DNA of 64,000 bases from the NCBI GenBank assembly GCA_965198235.1, contig OZ240248.1:4768001-4832000 (forward strand). Reading direction: 5' to 3'. The translations under genes and the position numbers were made by a program. This DNA comes from Candidatus Poribacteria bacterium (GTDB lineage Bacteria > Poribacteria > WGA-4E > WGA-3G). The notes under the pieces are model-generated. The model was given only the letters and a program-made list of their open reading frames with translations, did no database searches and was not told where the DNA came from. Below, piece after piece: positions 20,133-28,303 of the stretch; the stretch's first letter is position 1, and each line of letters starts with the position of its first letter.

Positions 20133-20606
20133 ATGTCTAAAACATGGCTCATTTTTGTTTTCATGACCGTTTCGTCATGGGGACTTTACGGTGTTTTTTT
20201 ACATCAAGGGCAGGTCTCTATGGCGGATCCTGTGCATGGACGCTACAAAGCGTTCCTCTTTGTCGGACTCGCGTATCTTTTGGCAGCCGTTATCGGTTCT
20301 GCCCTGATGCTTATCCTTAACGGATCTACTTGGCAATTTACAGGTTCGGGTGTCTCCTGGTCATTCATAGCTGGACTTGTCGGTGCTATTGGGGCATTTG
20401 GCGTGCTACTCGCCTTCGGGGCAGGCGGTCGACCTGCTGTCGTAATGTCCATTGTTTTCGCGGGGGCTCCGATTGTAAACGCTATCGTTGCGACGCTATC
20501 ACATCCACCGGCAGGTGGCTGGGGGGCAGTCCGGTGGCAATTTATCGCAGGCATTCTGTTCGCCGCACTCGGCGGCTGTATGGTGATGCTCTATAGACCC
20601 ACTTGA
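20133..20606 (+). CDS. Small 5-TM membrane protein (DMT/EamA-like half)
   Basis: Five Gly-rich hydrophobic helices; 'SWGLYG', 'GAPIVN'. Confidence 0.6.
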   Translation: MSKTWLIFVFMTVSSWGLYGVFLHQGQVSMADPVHGRYKAFLFVGLAYLLAAVIGSALMLILNGSTWQFTGSGVSWSFIAGLVGAIGAFGVLLAFGAGGRPAVVMSIVFAGAPIVNAIVATLSHPPAGGWGAVRWQFIAGILFAALGGCMVMLYRPT

Positions 20607-20771
20607 TAACGTCCAGAAACAGAACCGCTGGACCTCTGACCTTCCTATGTCTTGGAAAGGCGGTTGAACCCCCTACCCCTTTCCCGCGCTCCGTTCGTTT
20701 TACGGAAAAACGCACTTTTCACTATCCTTTTTTTGTGACATGTCTCTAATAGGCAAAGAGGGAGAGTTTTC

Positions 20772-21386
20772 ATGCCTATAGGCGAAGCTTGCGTGCCAAT
20801 GTCACACAATCGAGAATTAACGGATGCAAATGATGCCGAGTTAGTCGTCGCTGCACTTGCGGGTAATACACAGGCGTTTGATGTTTTGGTCACCCGCTAC
20901 CGGCGAGCTATGCTGACAATCGCGCAACAGATTGTGCGAAACCCTACCGATGCGGAAGATGTCGTGCAAGACGCGTTTTTGCGGGCTTTTGAAGCACTCC
21001 CACAGCTCTCTGATTTGAACCGTTTTGGGGCGTGGCTCCATTCAATCACACGCAATCGTGCCTTGCGCTACTATAGGAGTGCCAGTCGTTACCAACCGCA
21101 GGAAGATATGGAACCCTATTTAAATAGGGGAGCGGATACATCCGCTGAAGATCCCGCTCACATTGTGGAACGTGAATTGACACAGCAAGCGATCAGGGAC
21201 GCGATTCAGGAGTTACCTACTGATTTCCGAGCAGTTATTGAACTTTATTACTGGGCAGAGATGCCACAAAAACGGATGGCTGAATTCCTATCCCTCCCAC
21301 TGTCAACTGTGAAGTGGCGACTCCATAAGGCGAAGGAACTGCTCAAAACGACTTTGGAAAGGCGCGGCTACAGTGAGAATATGTGA
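20772..21386 (+). CDS. ECF sigma factor
   Basis: 'DAEDVVQDAFLRA', 'FGAWL', region 4 'STVKWRLHKAK'. Confidence 0.92.
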   Translation: MPIGEACVPMSHNRELTDANDAELVVAALAGNTQAFDVLVTRYRRAMLTIAQQIVRNPTDAEDVVQDAFLRAFEALPQLSDLNRFGAWLHSITRNRALRYYRSASRYQPQEDMEPYLNRGADTSAEDPAHIVERELTQQAIRDAIQELPTDFRAVIELYYWAEMPQKRMAEFLSLPLSTVKWRLHKAKELLKTTLERRGYSENM

Positions 21387-21431
21387 CACTCCTTTCTTCA
21401 TTGAAATGGGTTCATCATTTGCGTGAGTTTC

Positions 21432-21487
21432 GTAGCGTAGCCTGTTAGGTTGCGTCATACGATGCATAATCTAACAGATTATACTAC
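21432..21487. repeat. REPIN-like inverted GTAG doublet
   Basis: gtagcgtagcctgttaggttgcgt versus reverse complement of the right arm, gtagtataatctgttagattatgc. Confidence 0.6.
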
Positions 21488-21671
21488 AAAAGAGCAGCGT
21501 GCGTAAGTCCTAAAAAAAGATGGAAACTTCGGTTACTTTAACCCAAACCCGGTTAGAATTCGCCGGAAACCACCGCGTAATGAAATTAGGTTTCCTTAAA
21601 TGGCATAATTTTGCTTCGCAGTGAGAATGCTTTACATTTGGAGCGGTACCCAGGAGGCTATAGTTAAAAAA

Positions 21672-23081
21672 ATGGAACAACAAAGGCAACAGGAGCTCAG
21701 AGGGCTTTTTCACATGTTGGAGCACACCGCAAAAATCGCAGAGGACGCCGCGTTAACGGGAGCGTTCAGTGGTGGCGAAACGCAGTGCATCTCCCAATTC
21801 AATAACGTCCTCAAACGTCTCAGTGACATCAACGCAATACCTGATGGACTTTTTGAAGTGCTGCAAGCAGACGCGTCCTTTAGCCAGATTGGAATCGCTT
21901 GTCATCAACTCGCCGCCTACCTCAACGAAGAATTGGATACGACCGCAGATTTCAAGGGATGGTTCTCCAGTTTCTTCGGAAAACGGTTCATGGAAAATCT
22001 AACAGAGGAGTTGGCAGACAAGCCATTCGGCGACTTAATCCGCAAAGCTGTTCCAGATTTCTTAACTGAGACGACACTGGAAGACATCGTTGAGGTGTTT
22101 CCTGTCGCGCTCGGTGGAAGGTTAACGGTTGATGCTGATTTCGGGGCAATTGATGTGCAGAGCGCAGAGGGTGATAACCTCTCTGTCCGCGTCCGACGCG
22201 CCGCACAGTTGAAGGAAGACCGGCGTGCGGGGGAAGTTCTCAAGAATTTTGATGTACAGATGACACACGAAGCAACGGATGTCAAAATTGAGGCGAAATT
22301 CAGAGGTCCGGTAAAGCAATGGAAAAGGGCGAAAAAGCGCTTGGATGTCCAATTTGAGATCGTCGTTCCGCGAAACTATGCACTTGATTTGAAGACCGCG
22401 GATGAGGAAATTTCCGTTGTGGATATAGGTGGAGATGTGAATGTTCGCACAGCCGGTGCGGGACTCCGTTTACAAAATATCACCGGACGTATTGATGGAA
22501 CAACTTCCGGTGGAAACATAGATCTCAAGGCGTTCAAGAGCGACGTGGCACTTCGAACAAGTGGCGGGAATATTACGCTTGAGGGAGGCACGGGCGATGT
22601 CAAAGCCAAAACATCGAGTGGAAACATCCGGGTTACCGATGTCATGGGTGCTGTCAACGGGGAAACCTCCGGCGGCAATGTTACCCTAAGGGAATGCAAA
22701 GGCGGAGCAGACGTGAAAACTGCTGGCGGAAGTATAGAGGTAGAGAACGACGGACCCGTCCTGGCGAAAACGAGTGGTGGCTCTATTCGCTGTCAACTCC
22801 AAGAGGCAGTTTCAAGTCAAAACTTGCTACTGGATCTGGAAACAACAGGTGGCAGTATCAATGTTTCGCTCGTTCCGGATATTGCTGCGACAGTCGAAGC
22901 AAGGGTGCTTGGAGGTTCAGTGACCACAGAATTTCCGGTAGCGGTGGAGACGGCAGGTGCTGTCAAACCCGATCAGTTGCATGGAACTATTAATGGTGGG
23001 GGACCACTTCTGCGACTCTTTTCCGTCGGCGGGAACGTCATACTTAGGAAGTCAGAGGGACACAATCCAACAGAGGTATAA
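21672..23081 (+). CDS. DUF4097 (beta-solenoid) protein with N-terminal helical domain
   Basis: Repeated 'TSGGNI/TAGGSI' units; no signal peptide. Confidence 0.8.
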   Translation: MEQQRQQELRGLFHMLEHTAKIAEDAALTGAFSGGETQCISQFNNVLKRLSDINAIPDGLFEVLQADASFSQIGIACHQLAAYLNEELDTTADFKGWFSSFFGKRFMENLTEELADKPFGDLIRKAVPDFLTETTLEDIVEVFPVALGGRLTVDADFGAIDVQSAEGDNLSVRVRRAAQLKEDRRAGEVLKNFDVQMTHEATDVKIEAKFRGPVKQWKRAKKRLDVQFEIVVPRNYALDLKTADEEISVVDIGGDVNVRTAGAGLRLQNITGRIDGTTSGGNIDLKAFKSDVALRTSGGNITLEGGTGDVKAKTSSGNIRVTDVMGAVNGETSGGNVTLRECKGGADVKTAGGSIEVENDGPVLAKTSGGSIRCQLQEAVSSQNLLLDLETTGGSINVSLVPDIAATVEARVLGGSVTTEFPVAVETAGAVKPDQLHGTINGGGPLLRLFSVGGNVILRKSEGHNPTEV

Positions 23082-23213
23082 CGTGTTGAAAATTTGAAAG
23101 CAACACTTCATTGTTGTAAACCTTACACCCTCAACCAACGCTGGCGAGGTTTCCAACCTCGCCCTCTTAGGCATCCAAGAATTGTATATTTTGCTATAGT
23201 TTGGAGATGAATC

Positions 23214-23465
23214 ATGGGATTACTGTCGATTCTCAGTTTAATATGGGGTATATTGGCTATTATCGGGATGGCAGTTGCCATTATCCCGTTTCTTGGGGCA
23301 CTCAATTACCTTAACATTCCGTTCGCAGTCTTTGGATTGCTTTTCAGTGTCCTTGCGCTTGTCCTATCGTCGAACAAAGAATATGCTGTTGCTGGGTGTG
23401 TCCTTTGTGGCGTGGCCATTTTCTTGGGTGCCATCCGACTTGTCTTGGGATTCGGGGTTCTCTAA
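23214..23465 (+). CDS. Small membrane protein
   Basis: 83 aa with three hydrophobic segments. Confidence 0.65.
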   Translation: MGLLSILSLIWGILAIIGMAVAIIPFLGALNYLNIPFAVFGLLFSVLALVLSSNKEYAVAGCVLCGVAIFLGAIRLVLGFGVL

Positions 23466-23474
23466 TTAGACCTT

Positions 23475-23630
23475 CTGACATACTCCCAAACCTAAAGGAT
23501 TGGGGTTCTTTTGTTCCTTTTAGAAACATTCCTTGGGTTTAAGCCAAGGCAACAGGGACTTTCAAACGAAAGCCCAAGGGCGGTGTCATTTTCATGGGTG
23601 TGCCCATGTCCGCCACTACAGGGTCGCCGA
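23475..23630 (-). ncRNA. Putative omega-RNA (reRNA) scaffold of the IS605 TnpB
   Basis: Placed by its position across the tnpB 3' end and the right end. The guide would be the flank aaggtctaattagagaac. The 5' limit is approximate. Confidence 0.55.
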
Positions 23631-24771
23631 GGTGACCGAGATACTTTTGTCTTATATTTATAGCACCTACGCCGTCGCGATGATACTGAAAACCGCAGTT
23701 GCAGGTATAGTTTCGGTTGTTTGGTTTCTTTCGGTTGCCACACTTCGGGCAAGTTTGAGAGGTATACGCCTCATCTATGACCTCTACCTTGATACCGAGG
23801 GATACCTTTGCCTTGTAGGTAATCAAGTCCGTGATTTTACCGAAAGCCCACTGGTGGAGTTTTTGGTTCGTGCGTTTACCGTAGTCAATGTTTTCTCGGA
23901 TACCCGTAAGGTCTCCAAGAATGATTCTGCCGATACCTATAGTTTGGCAATACTTCAGAAACTTTGTGGTATGCTTATGGAGTGCATCTTTGATTTGGTC
24001 GTCAATCTTTTTGATACGCTTCCACTTTCTACGTGTGAGTTTCCACCAGCGTTTAGAATGGCGTTTACACCTACTGATAGCACGACTGAATTCAGCAAGC
24101 ACTTTATTCCGCAGTCGGTATAGCGAGCGGATATACCGTCCATTGAAAATACGTGTATCTGCTCCGTCATGACTGACAATCGGGTGGATTTCGCCAATAT
24201 CAACGCCTATGATACCGCCACCTGTTTCGGTGGGTTTGGTTTCATATCTATAGGAGAAATGGAGCGTCCATTGACCGTGGTTATAGCATAAATCAATCGT
24301 TGCGATATGTTCTGCTTTAGACATATCAAAGTTTTTCGGCAAAGGGATCCGTAGTTTCGGTCTACCTTTTCCCATGGAAAGTTCAACACACTTTTCTGCG
24401 AAGGTAATAGCAGATTTTAGCCAGCGTGTCGTCATGTAGTTTTTTTGCTTGTTTGGAGGTTTCGGACTCCGAATGCCACCCCTCTTTTTCAACGCAGAAT
24501 AGGACACCCAAGATTTGAAGTAGTGTTTCCGAATCGCTTGAATACTTTGCGAATGGAGCGGTTGCTTTTTACTCAGCTGTTTATCCACCCACCCCTCACA
24601 ATCACCCCCGAAATAGAAGTGGTCGTGAGCATGTGGATAGCCACGATGCCATTGATACATAGTCATTTGATACTTACACTCATTCCAAACGGAGGCAGAC
24701 GCAGCGTTGATTTCAGAGTATCTCGATTGTGGCGCTATTTTGAGTACCTCGGTTCTGTGAAACTTTGGCAT
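23539..24771 (-). CDS. tnpB: RNA-guided endonuclease TnpB (rearranged RuvC-II)
   Basis: RuvC-I 'GVDIG', 'ILGDL', 'DEAYTSQTCPKCG', RuvC-III 'HRDGVGAINI'. Confidence 0.92.
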   Translation of the reverse strand: MPKFHRTEVLKIAPQSRYSEINAASASVWNECKYQMTMYQWHRGYPHAHDHFYFGGDCEGWVDKQLSKKQPLHSQSIQAIRKHYFKSWVSYSALKKRGGIRSPKPPNKQKNYMTTRWLKSAITFAEKCVELSMGKGRPKLRIPLPKNFDMSKAEHIATIDLCYNHGQWTLHFSYRYETKPTETGGGIIGVDIGEIHPIVSHDGADTRIFNGRYIRSLYRLRNKVLAEFSRAISRCKRHSKRWWKLTRRKWKRIKKIDDQIKDALHKHTTKFLKYCQTIGIGRIILGDLTGIRENIDYGKRTNQKLHQWAFGKITDLITYKAKVSLGIKVEVIDEAYTSQTCPKCGNRKKPNNRNYTCNCGFQYHRDGVGAINIRQKYLGHLGDPVVADMGTPMKMTPPLGFRLKVPVALA

Positions 24772-25185
24772 TTAGACACCTTTTTGGTTCTCAATATACT
24801 GCTTTAGAACTTCAAGGGTAACATTTCCTGCACTCGCTACAAACTTTGAACGCGTCCACAGACAAGGTAAACGACGCTTAAGTATTGGAAACTCATTGCG
24901 TAGTATTTTTGCTGTGTAACCTTTGATTTTTCCAATCACACTTGTAACTGAAATGTCGGGGGGAATACTCGCAAGCAAATGAATGTGATCAGGCATACTT
25001 TCAACTTCTCTGACAACATAGGGATATGCCTCTTGTTGTTCAAGAATTAATGCTTTGAGTCTTGCTTGGATTTCTGGTGATAGAACAGAACGACGATACT
25101 TCGTGCACCAAATCATGTGATACTCACAAGCATATAGACTTGTTTCTGTGGAAATATATTTGTGGTCATTGTTAGTAATATTCAT
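24772..25185 (-). CDS. tnpA: IS200-family Y1 HUH transposase
   Basis: 'YHMIWCTKYRR', HUH motif 'DHIH', 'QYIENQK'. Its stop codon abuts the tnpB ATG. Confidence 0.95.
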   Translation of the reverse strand: MNITNNDHKYISTETSLYACEYHMIWCTKYRRSVLSPEIQARLKALILEQQEAYPYVVREVESMPDHIHLLASIPPDISVTSVIGKIKGYTAKILRNEFPILKRRLPCLWTRSKFVASAGNVTLEVLKQYIENQKGV

Positions 25186-25192
25186 ACTATTA

Positions 25193-25221
25193 ATTATATC
25201 ACAAAGATTAGTTGTTGTCAA
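25193..25221 (-). promoter_or_regulatory. Consensus sigma70 promoter of IS605 tnpA
   Basis: TTGACA-17 nt-TATAAT; ATG lies 7 nt after the -10 box. Confidence 0.75.
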
Positions 25222-25599
25222 GTCAATTTGTAAAATATATTAGTTTTTGATATGTCAACCGATTAGCCGCTACTACATCCCAAACCTAAAGGATTGGGTT
25301 TTGTAGCGGAAGGTTTGATAAGGTAGGTAGAACAACTTCTATTGGGGAGCGGATTTTATCAAACGAGGAAAACGTATAGGGCAAGTAACTGCACAAAGTT
25401 TTCTATGATAATCTAATTCTTTGCGTTGTTTTCTATATTTTTGAAAAATGATATTGAATTTTCTATAATAATAGGAAATAATATGTTATTATGGAACACA
25501 GATTAGTAAAGATTGGTATGGTAAAATGGGTGCAGTTTATTCAAACTCACGTACTTAACGCGAAACTCACGTAAAAGTGAGATTCATTTCTCTAGGAGG

Positions 25600-26304
25600 T
25601 TGAACGGCATGAAAATTATGTTGGTATTAGCAGGATTTGTGTTGATGATAGCCTATATTGTTATCAGCACGAGCGACATGGCACAGGCGGAGGAAGTCTT
25701 GGGAACAGGAACGGATGAACTGCTAGGAGGAGACCTAACCGACCCAGAAGACGATGGTGATCCTGAATCAGATGACGATTACAACGCCATTTTCTCAGCC
25801 AATGATGAACCCGGATTCGCGGGCGGGGAATTTGCGTTTAACGTCTTCGATAACCGCCTTGGCCCCAGCAATGACAAATGGTGCTGCGGACGTGGGGGCG
25901 GCATTCCGGATGAAGGTCTACACGTGACAGCTGAGTTTGAGGAGCAGTACGCATTGACACACTTCACCGTATCTTCAGCGAACGATGTTCCTCCGAGGGA
26001 CCCTACAGTGTGGGAGATTCAGGGGTCGAACGACGGCGATGAATTTACGACCATCTTTTCTCACGACGGGGATAGCTTTTGGGAACAGCGACTGCAAGTC
26101 GTCCTTTTTGAGGCAGGGGAAGATTACGACGTTCAAAAAACCGGGTATCGGTTTTTTCGGCATGTTACTTTTGACACCGCATCGAACCCAGCCGGGGCGT
26201 ACTTTCAAATTGGCGAAATTGAGTACTTCGGCGATGATAGTTTTCCCGTAGACCCTAAAGCCAAGCTCACAACCACATGGGGACGCATCAAAAACGTCCG
26301 ATAA
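25600..26304 (+). CDS. Secreted discoidin/F5-8-like protein with C-terminal TTWG tail
   Basis: Signal peptide; 'SANDVPPRDPTVWEIQGSNDG', 'YRFFR', 'QIGEIEYFG'; tail VDPKAKLTTTWGRIK. Confidence 0.75.
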   Translation: MNGMKIMLVLAGFVLMIAYIVISTSDMAQAEEVLGTGTDELLGGDLTDPEDDGDPESDDDYNAIFSANDEPGFAGGEFAFNVFDNRLGPSNDKWCCGRGGGIPDEGLHVTAEFEEQYALTHFTVSSANDVPPRDPTVWEIQGSNDGDEFTTIFSHDGDSFWEQRLQVVLFEAGEDYDVQKTGYRFFRHVTFDTASNPAGAYFQIGEIEYFGDDSFPVDPKAKLTTTWGRIKNVR

Positions 26305-26567
26305 GCGCAAATCTCGGACATTTTCTAAATCGGCTTGAATCCAGTAATAACTTGGTTTGAGTCGTTTTTCATATCCGCTTGAAACCGTATGGACTCTACT
26401 GGGGAGGACCTTTTCGATTATGAACCGCGAAAATCTTCATGCTCATATTGATTATGAGCTTATAACAGCGGTTCATCTTGGCGCAAATGCCAGCAAGAAA
26501 GCGAAGTCAACAACGAATGCAACGATCGTGAGCCGTGCCCCTTTGTATTCATTATGGCTCTCTGCCC

Positions 26568-27281
26568 TAGTGTTGTGTCAATCTTCTATTGATGGATATA
26601 GTTTCTTGAGTTTGATGCGGGCATCGTCAGTAGTAAACCGCCATTGGACAGTGGCACGCTTTTCATTTCTTTGGTTTTGCCATGCCTGAACCTCGCGTTT
26701 TAGGGTCTGTTGGTCGGGTATACGCCTCGAAAGACATTGCCGGCTTAGCACGGAAAGTTCAATCTCAGCGATATTCAACCAACTGCCATGCTTCGGGGTA
26801 TAGTGGAACTGAAGTTTTTCGGCAATACGCCTGGCTTGATGCGCTGGAAACGCTTTATATAACGAAGCCGGCTTATGCGTATTGAGATTGTCACAAACAA
26901 GCGTAATCTTTTGAGCATCTCGAAAGTGAACATCCACCAAATCTCGACAGATATGAGCAAAATCAACGCTCGTGCGTCTGTCAGTGACTTCAACATGTCG
27001 AAATCCCTGAAACGGAGCAAAAATCATAAACAGATTACTAACGCCATTGCGGGCGTATGCATAATCATGGCGACTCGGCATGCCTTGAGCAATGGGTAAA
27101 GGCTGCCGAGTTTCTTTGAGGTGTTGTTGACTCGTCTCATCAACACAAATTACAGGAGTGGCAGCCTCCTCGGGGCGATGGTAGATTTCTAAGACATCTT
27201 CCATCGCAGAGGTGAACTCAACCGAAGTCTCAGGATAACATCTTTCACATTAACTGTCAATACCATGTTGACGAGGCACTA
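26568..27281 (-). mobile_element. Internally deleted IS630-family element with TIRs and TA duplication
   Basis: Ends TAgtgttgtgtcaatcttctattg and (reverse complement) TAgtgcctcgtcaacatggtattg. The element is only about 710 bp. Confidence 0.8.
26578..27204 (-). pseudogene. IS630 transposase DDE domain lacking the N-terminal HTH
   Basis: 'MEDVL', 'VDET', 'CDNLNTH', 'YTPKHGSWLNIAEIE'. Confidence 0.85.
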
Positions 27282-27412
27282 AAACACCTCGCCGTTGGGC
27301 AAACGGAGAGTCTAAACGCTTGTGGAGTCTGAGTAAGACCTCCACGAGGGAGGCGTCGGATAATGAAGCAAGAATCAAAGAACCCCACTCCTTTAGGTGT
27401 GGGAGTTGTCAG
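27282..27412 (+). ncRNA. Orphan TnpB omega-RNA / IS605 right end (no tnpB ORF)
   Basis: aaacgcttgtggag...gtaagacc...tgaagcaagaa, then aaagaaccccactcctttaggtgtgggagttgTCAG. It also encodes a TnpB-like tail, LAVGQTESLNACGV*. Confidence 0.75.
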
Positions 27413-27439
27413 TCATATACCACACCGAAAGGAAAATCA

Positions 27440-28162
27440 ATGAATTGTCTTGATTATGGACTTTCTTTTATCAACTCTGTTGGCAACGGGAATGCCCCCC
27501 GCTTTTGGGTCGAATCTCGATGCCGCATAATAGATAACACAGATGGAAGTTTCAGCGATTATTACCAATGTGGTTCGTGTAAGAGTGAACACACCTTTGC
27601 GGAGAAAAATCTCTTCATAAATCCAAACTATGACTTCCTCCCTGTTTTTGGCGAAGAACATATAGCAGTATTCAGAAGGCATGCTTACTGCAACGATAAC
27701 TACGTCGAGTATAGACCGGCGCGGGATTATTGGGGAGGCACCCTGTTTGATGTTCAAGAGGCATCGCCGGTCCGGGTCCTTGATAGCAACGCAGCCATTT
27801 TTGAGGCGACACAAAAATGTCTACCCATCGTAACGCACACAGAAATATGGGATACCAATACACATCAGCGGGCAATTATCGAGTGTCCGGTTAAAACGAT
27901 GAACATAGATGAAAACGCAGGCATCTACCAAGTTGATACCGGAATTGTTCTATTTCCAGATCTGTCAAAGCGATACGATCGGCAGATTGAGACGTTCAGC
28001 CTCGCTTACGTTGCTTTCAACGCACCGCACTTCGCTGACTTCGTTATCGAACGCCCCACTGCCATCATTGAAAATGGAGTGGAAGTTACCCAAGTTCACC
28101 ACTATTCCGAAATCCGGAGTTTAGAAGCAAAGAATACCGTGTTCTGCATCGGTGATTTTTGA
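27440..28162 (+). CDS. Hypothetical protein
   Basis: RBS aagga before ATG at 27440; globular-looking sequence with 'CGSCKSEHTF'; no family recognised. Confidence 0.7.
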   Translation: MNCLDYGLSFINSVGNGNAPRFWVESRCRIIDNTDGSFSDYYQCGSCKSEHTFAEKNLFINPNYDFLPVFGEEHIAVFRRHAYCNDNYVEYRPARDYWGGTLFDVQEASPVRVLDSNAAIFEATQKCLPIVTHTEIWDTNTHQRAIIECPVKTMNIDENAGIYQVDTGIVLFPDLSKRYDRQIETFSLAYVAFNAPHFADFVIERPTAIIENGVEVTQVHHYSEIRSLEAKNTVFCIGDF

Positions 28163-28303
28163 CAGACACTCCCATTTAGATAAATCTTCTTGCAAAAATT
28201 TTGGGCTCCGTTTATAATACCCGATTATAGCACCGAACCGGACATCAGATTTCAAACGGTGCTAATCACAACTCGCATGATCTTTACACGGAGGACCAAA
28301 AAC

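Larger units (their letters stand above)
23475..25317 (-). mobile_element. IS200/IS605-family element (tnpA + tnpB)
   Basis: Both ends carry the hairpin cccaatcctttaggtttggg. Left end follows TTAT (25321-25318); right end finishes ...gggagtatgTCAG at 23475. Confidence 0.88.

Noticed and set aside
26340-26567. Possible left end or tnpB body for the orphan omega-RNA
   Set aside because: I could not find an IS605-type hairpin or any RuvC or zinc-finger residues by eye.
27320-27439. N-terminal extension of the hypothetical protein
   Set aside because: It is read-through of the omega-RNA/right-end sequence; an RBS supports the ATG at 27440.
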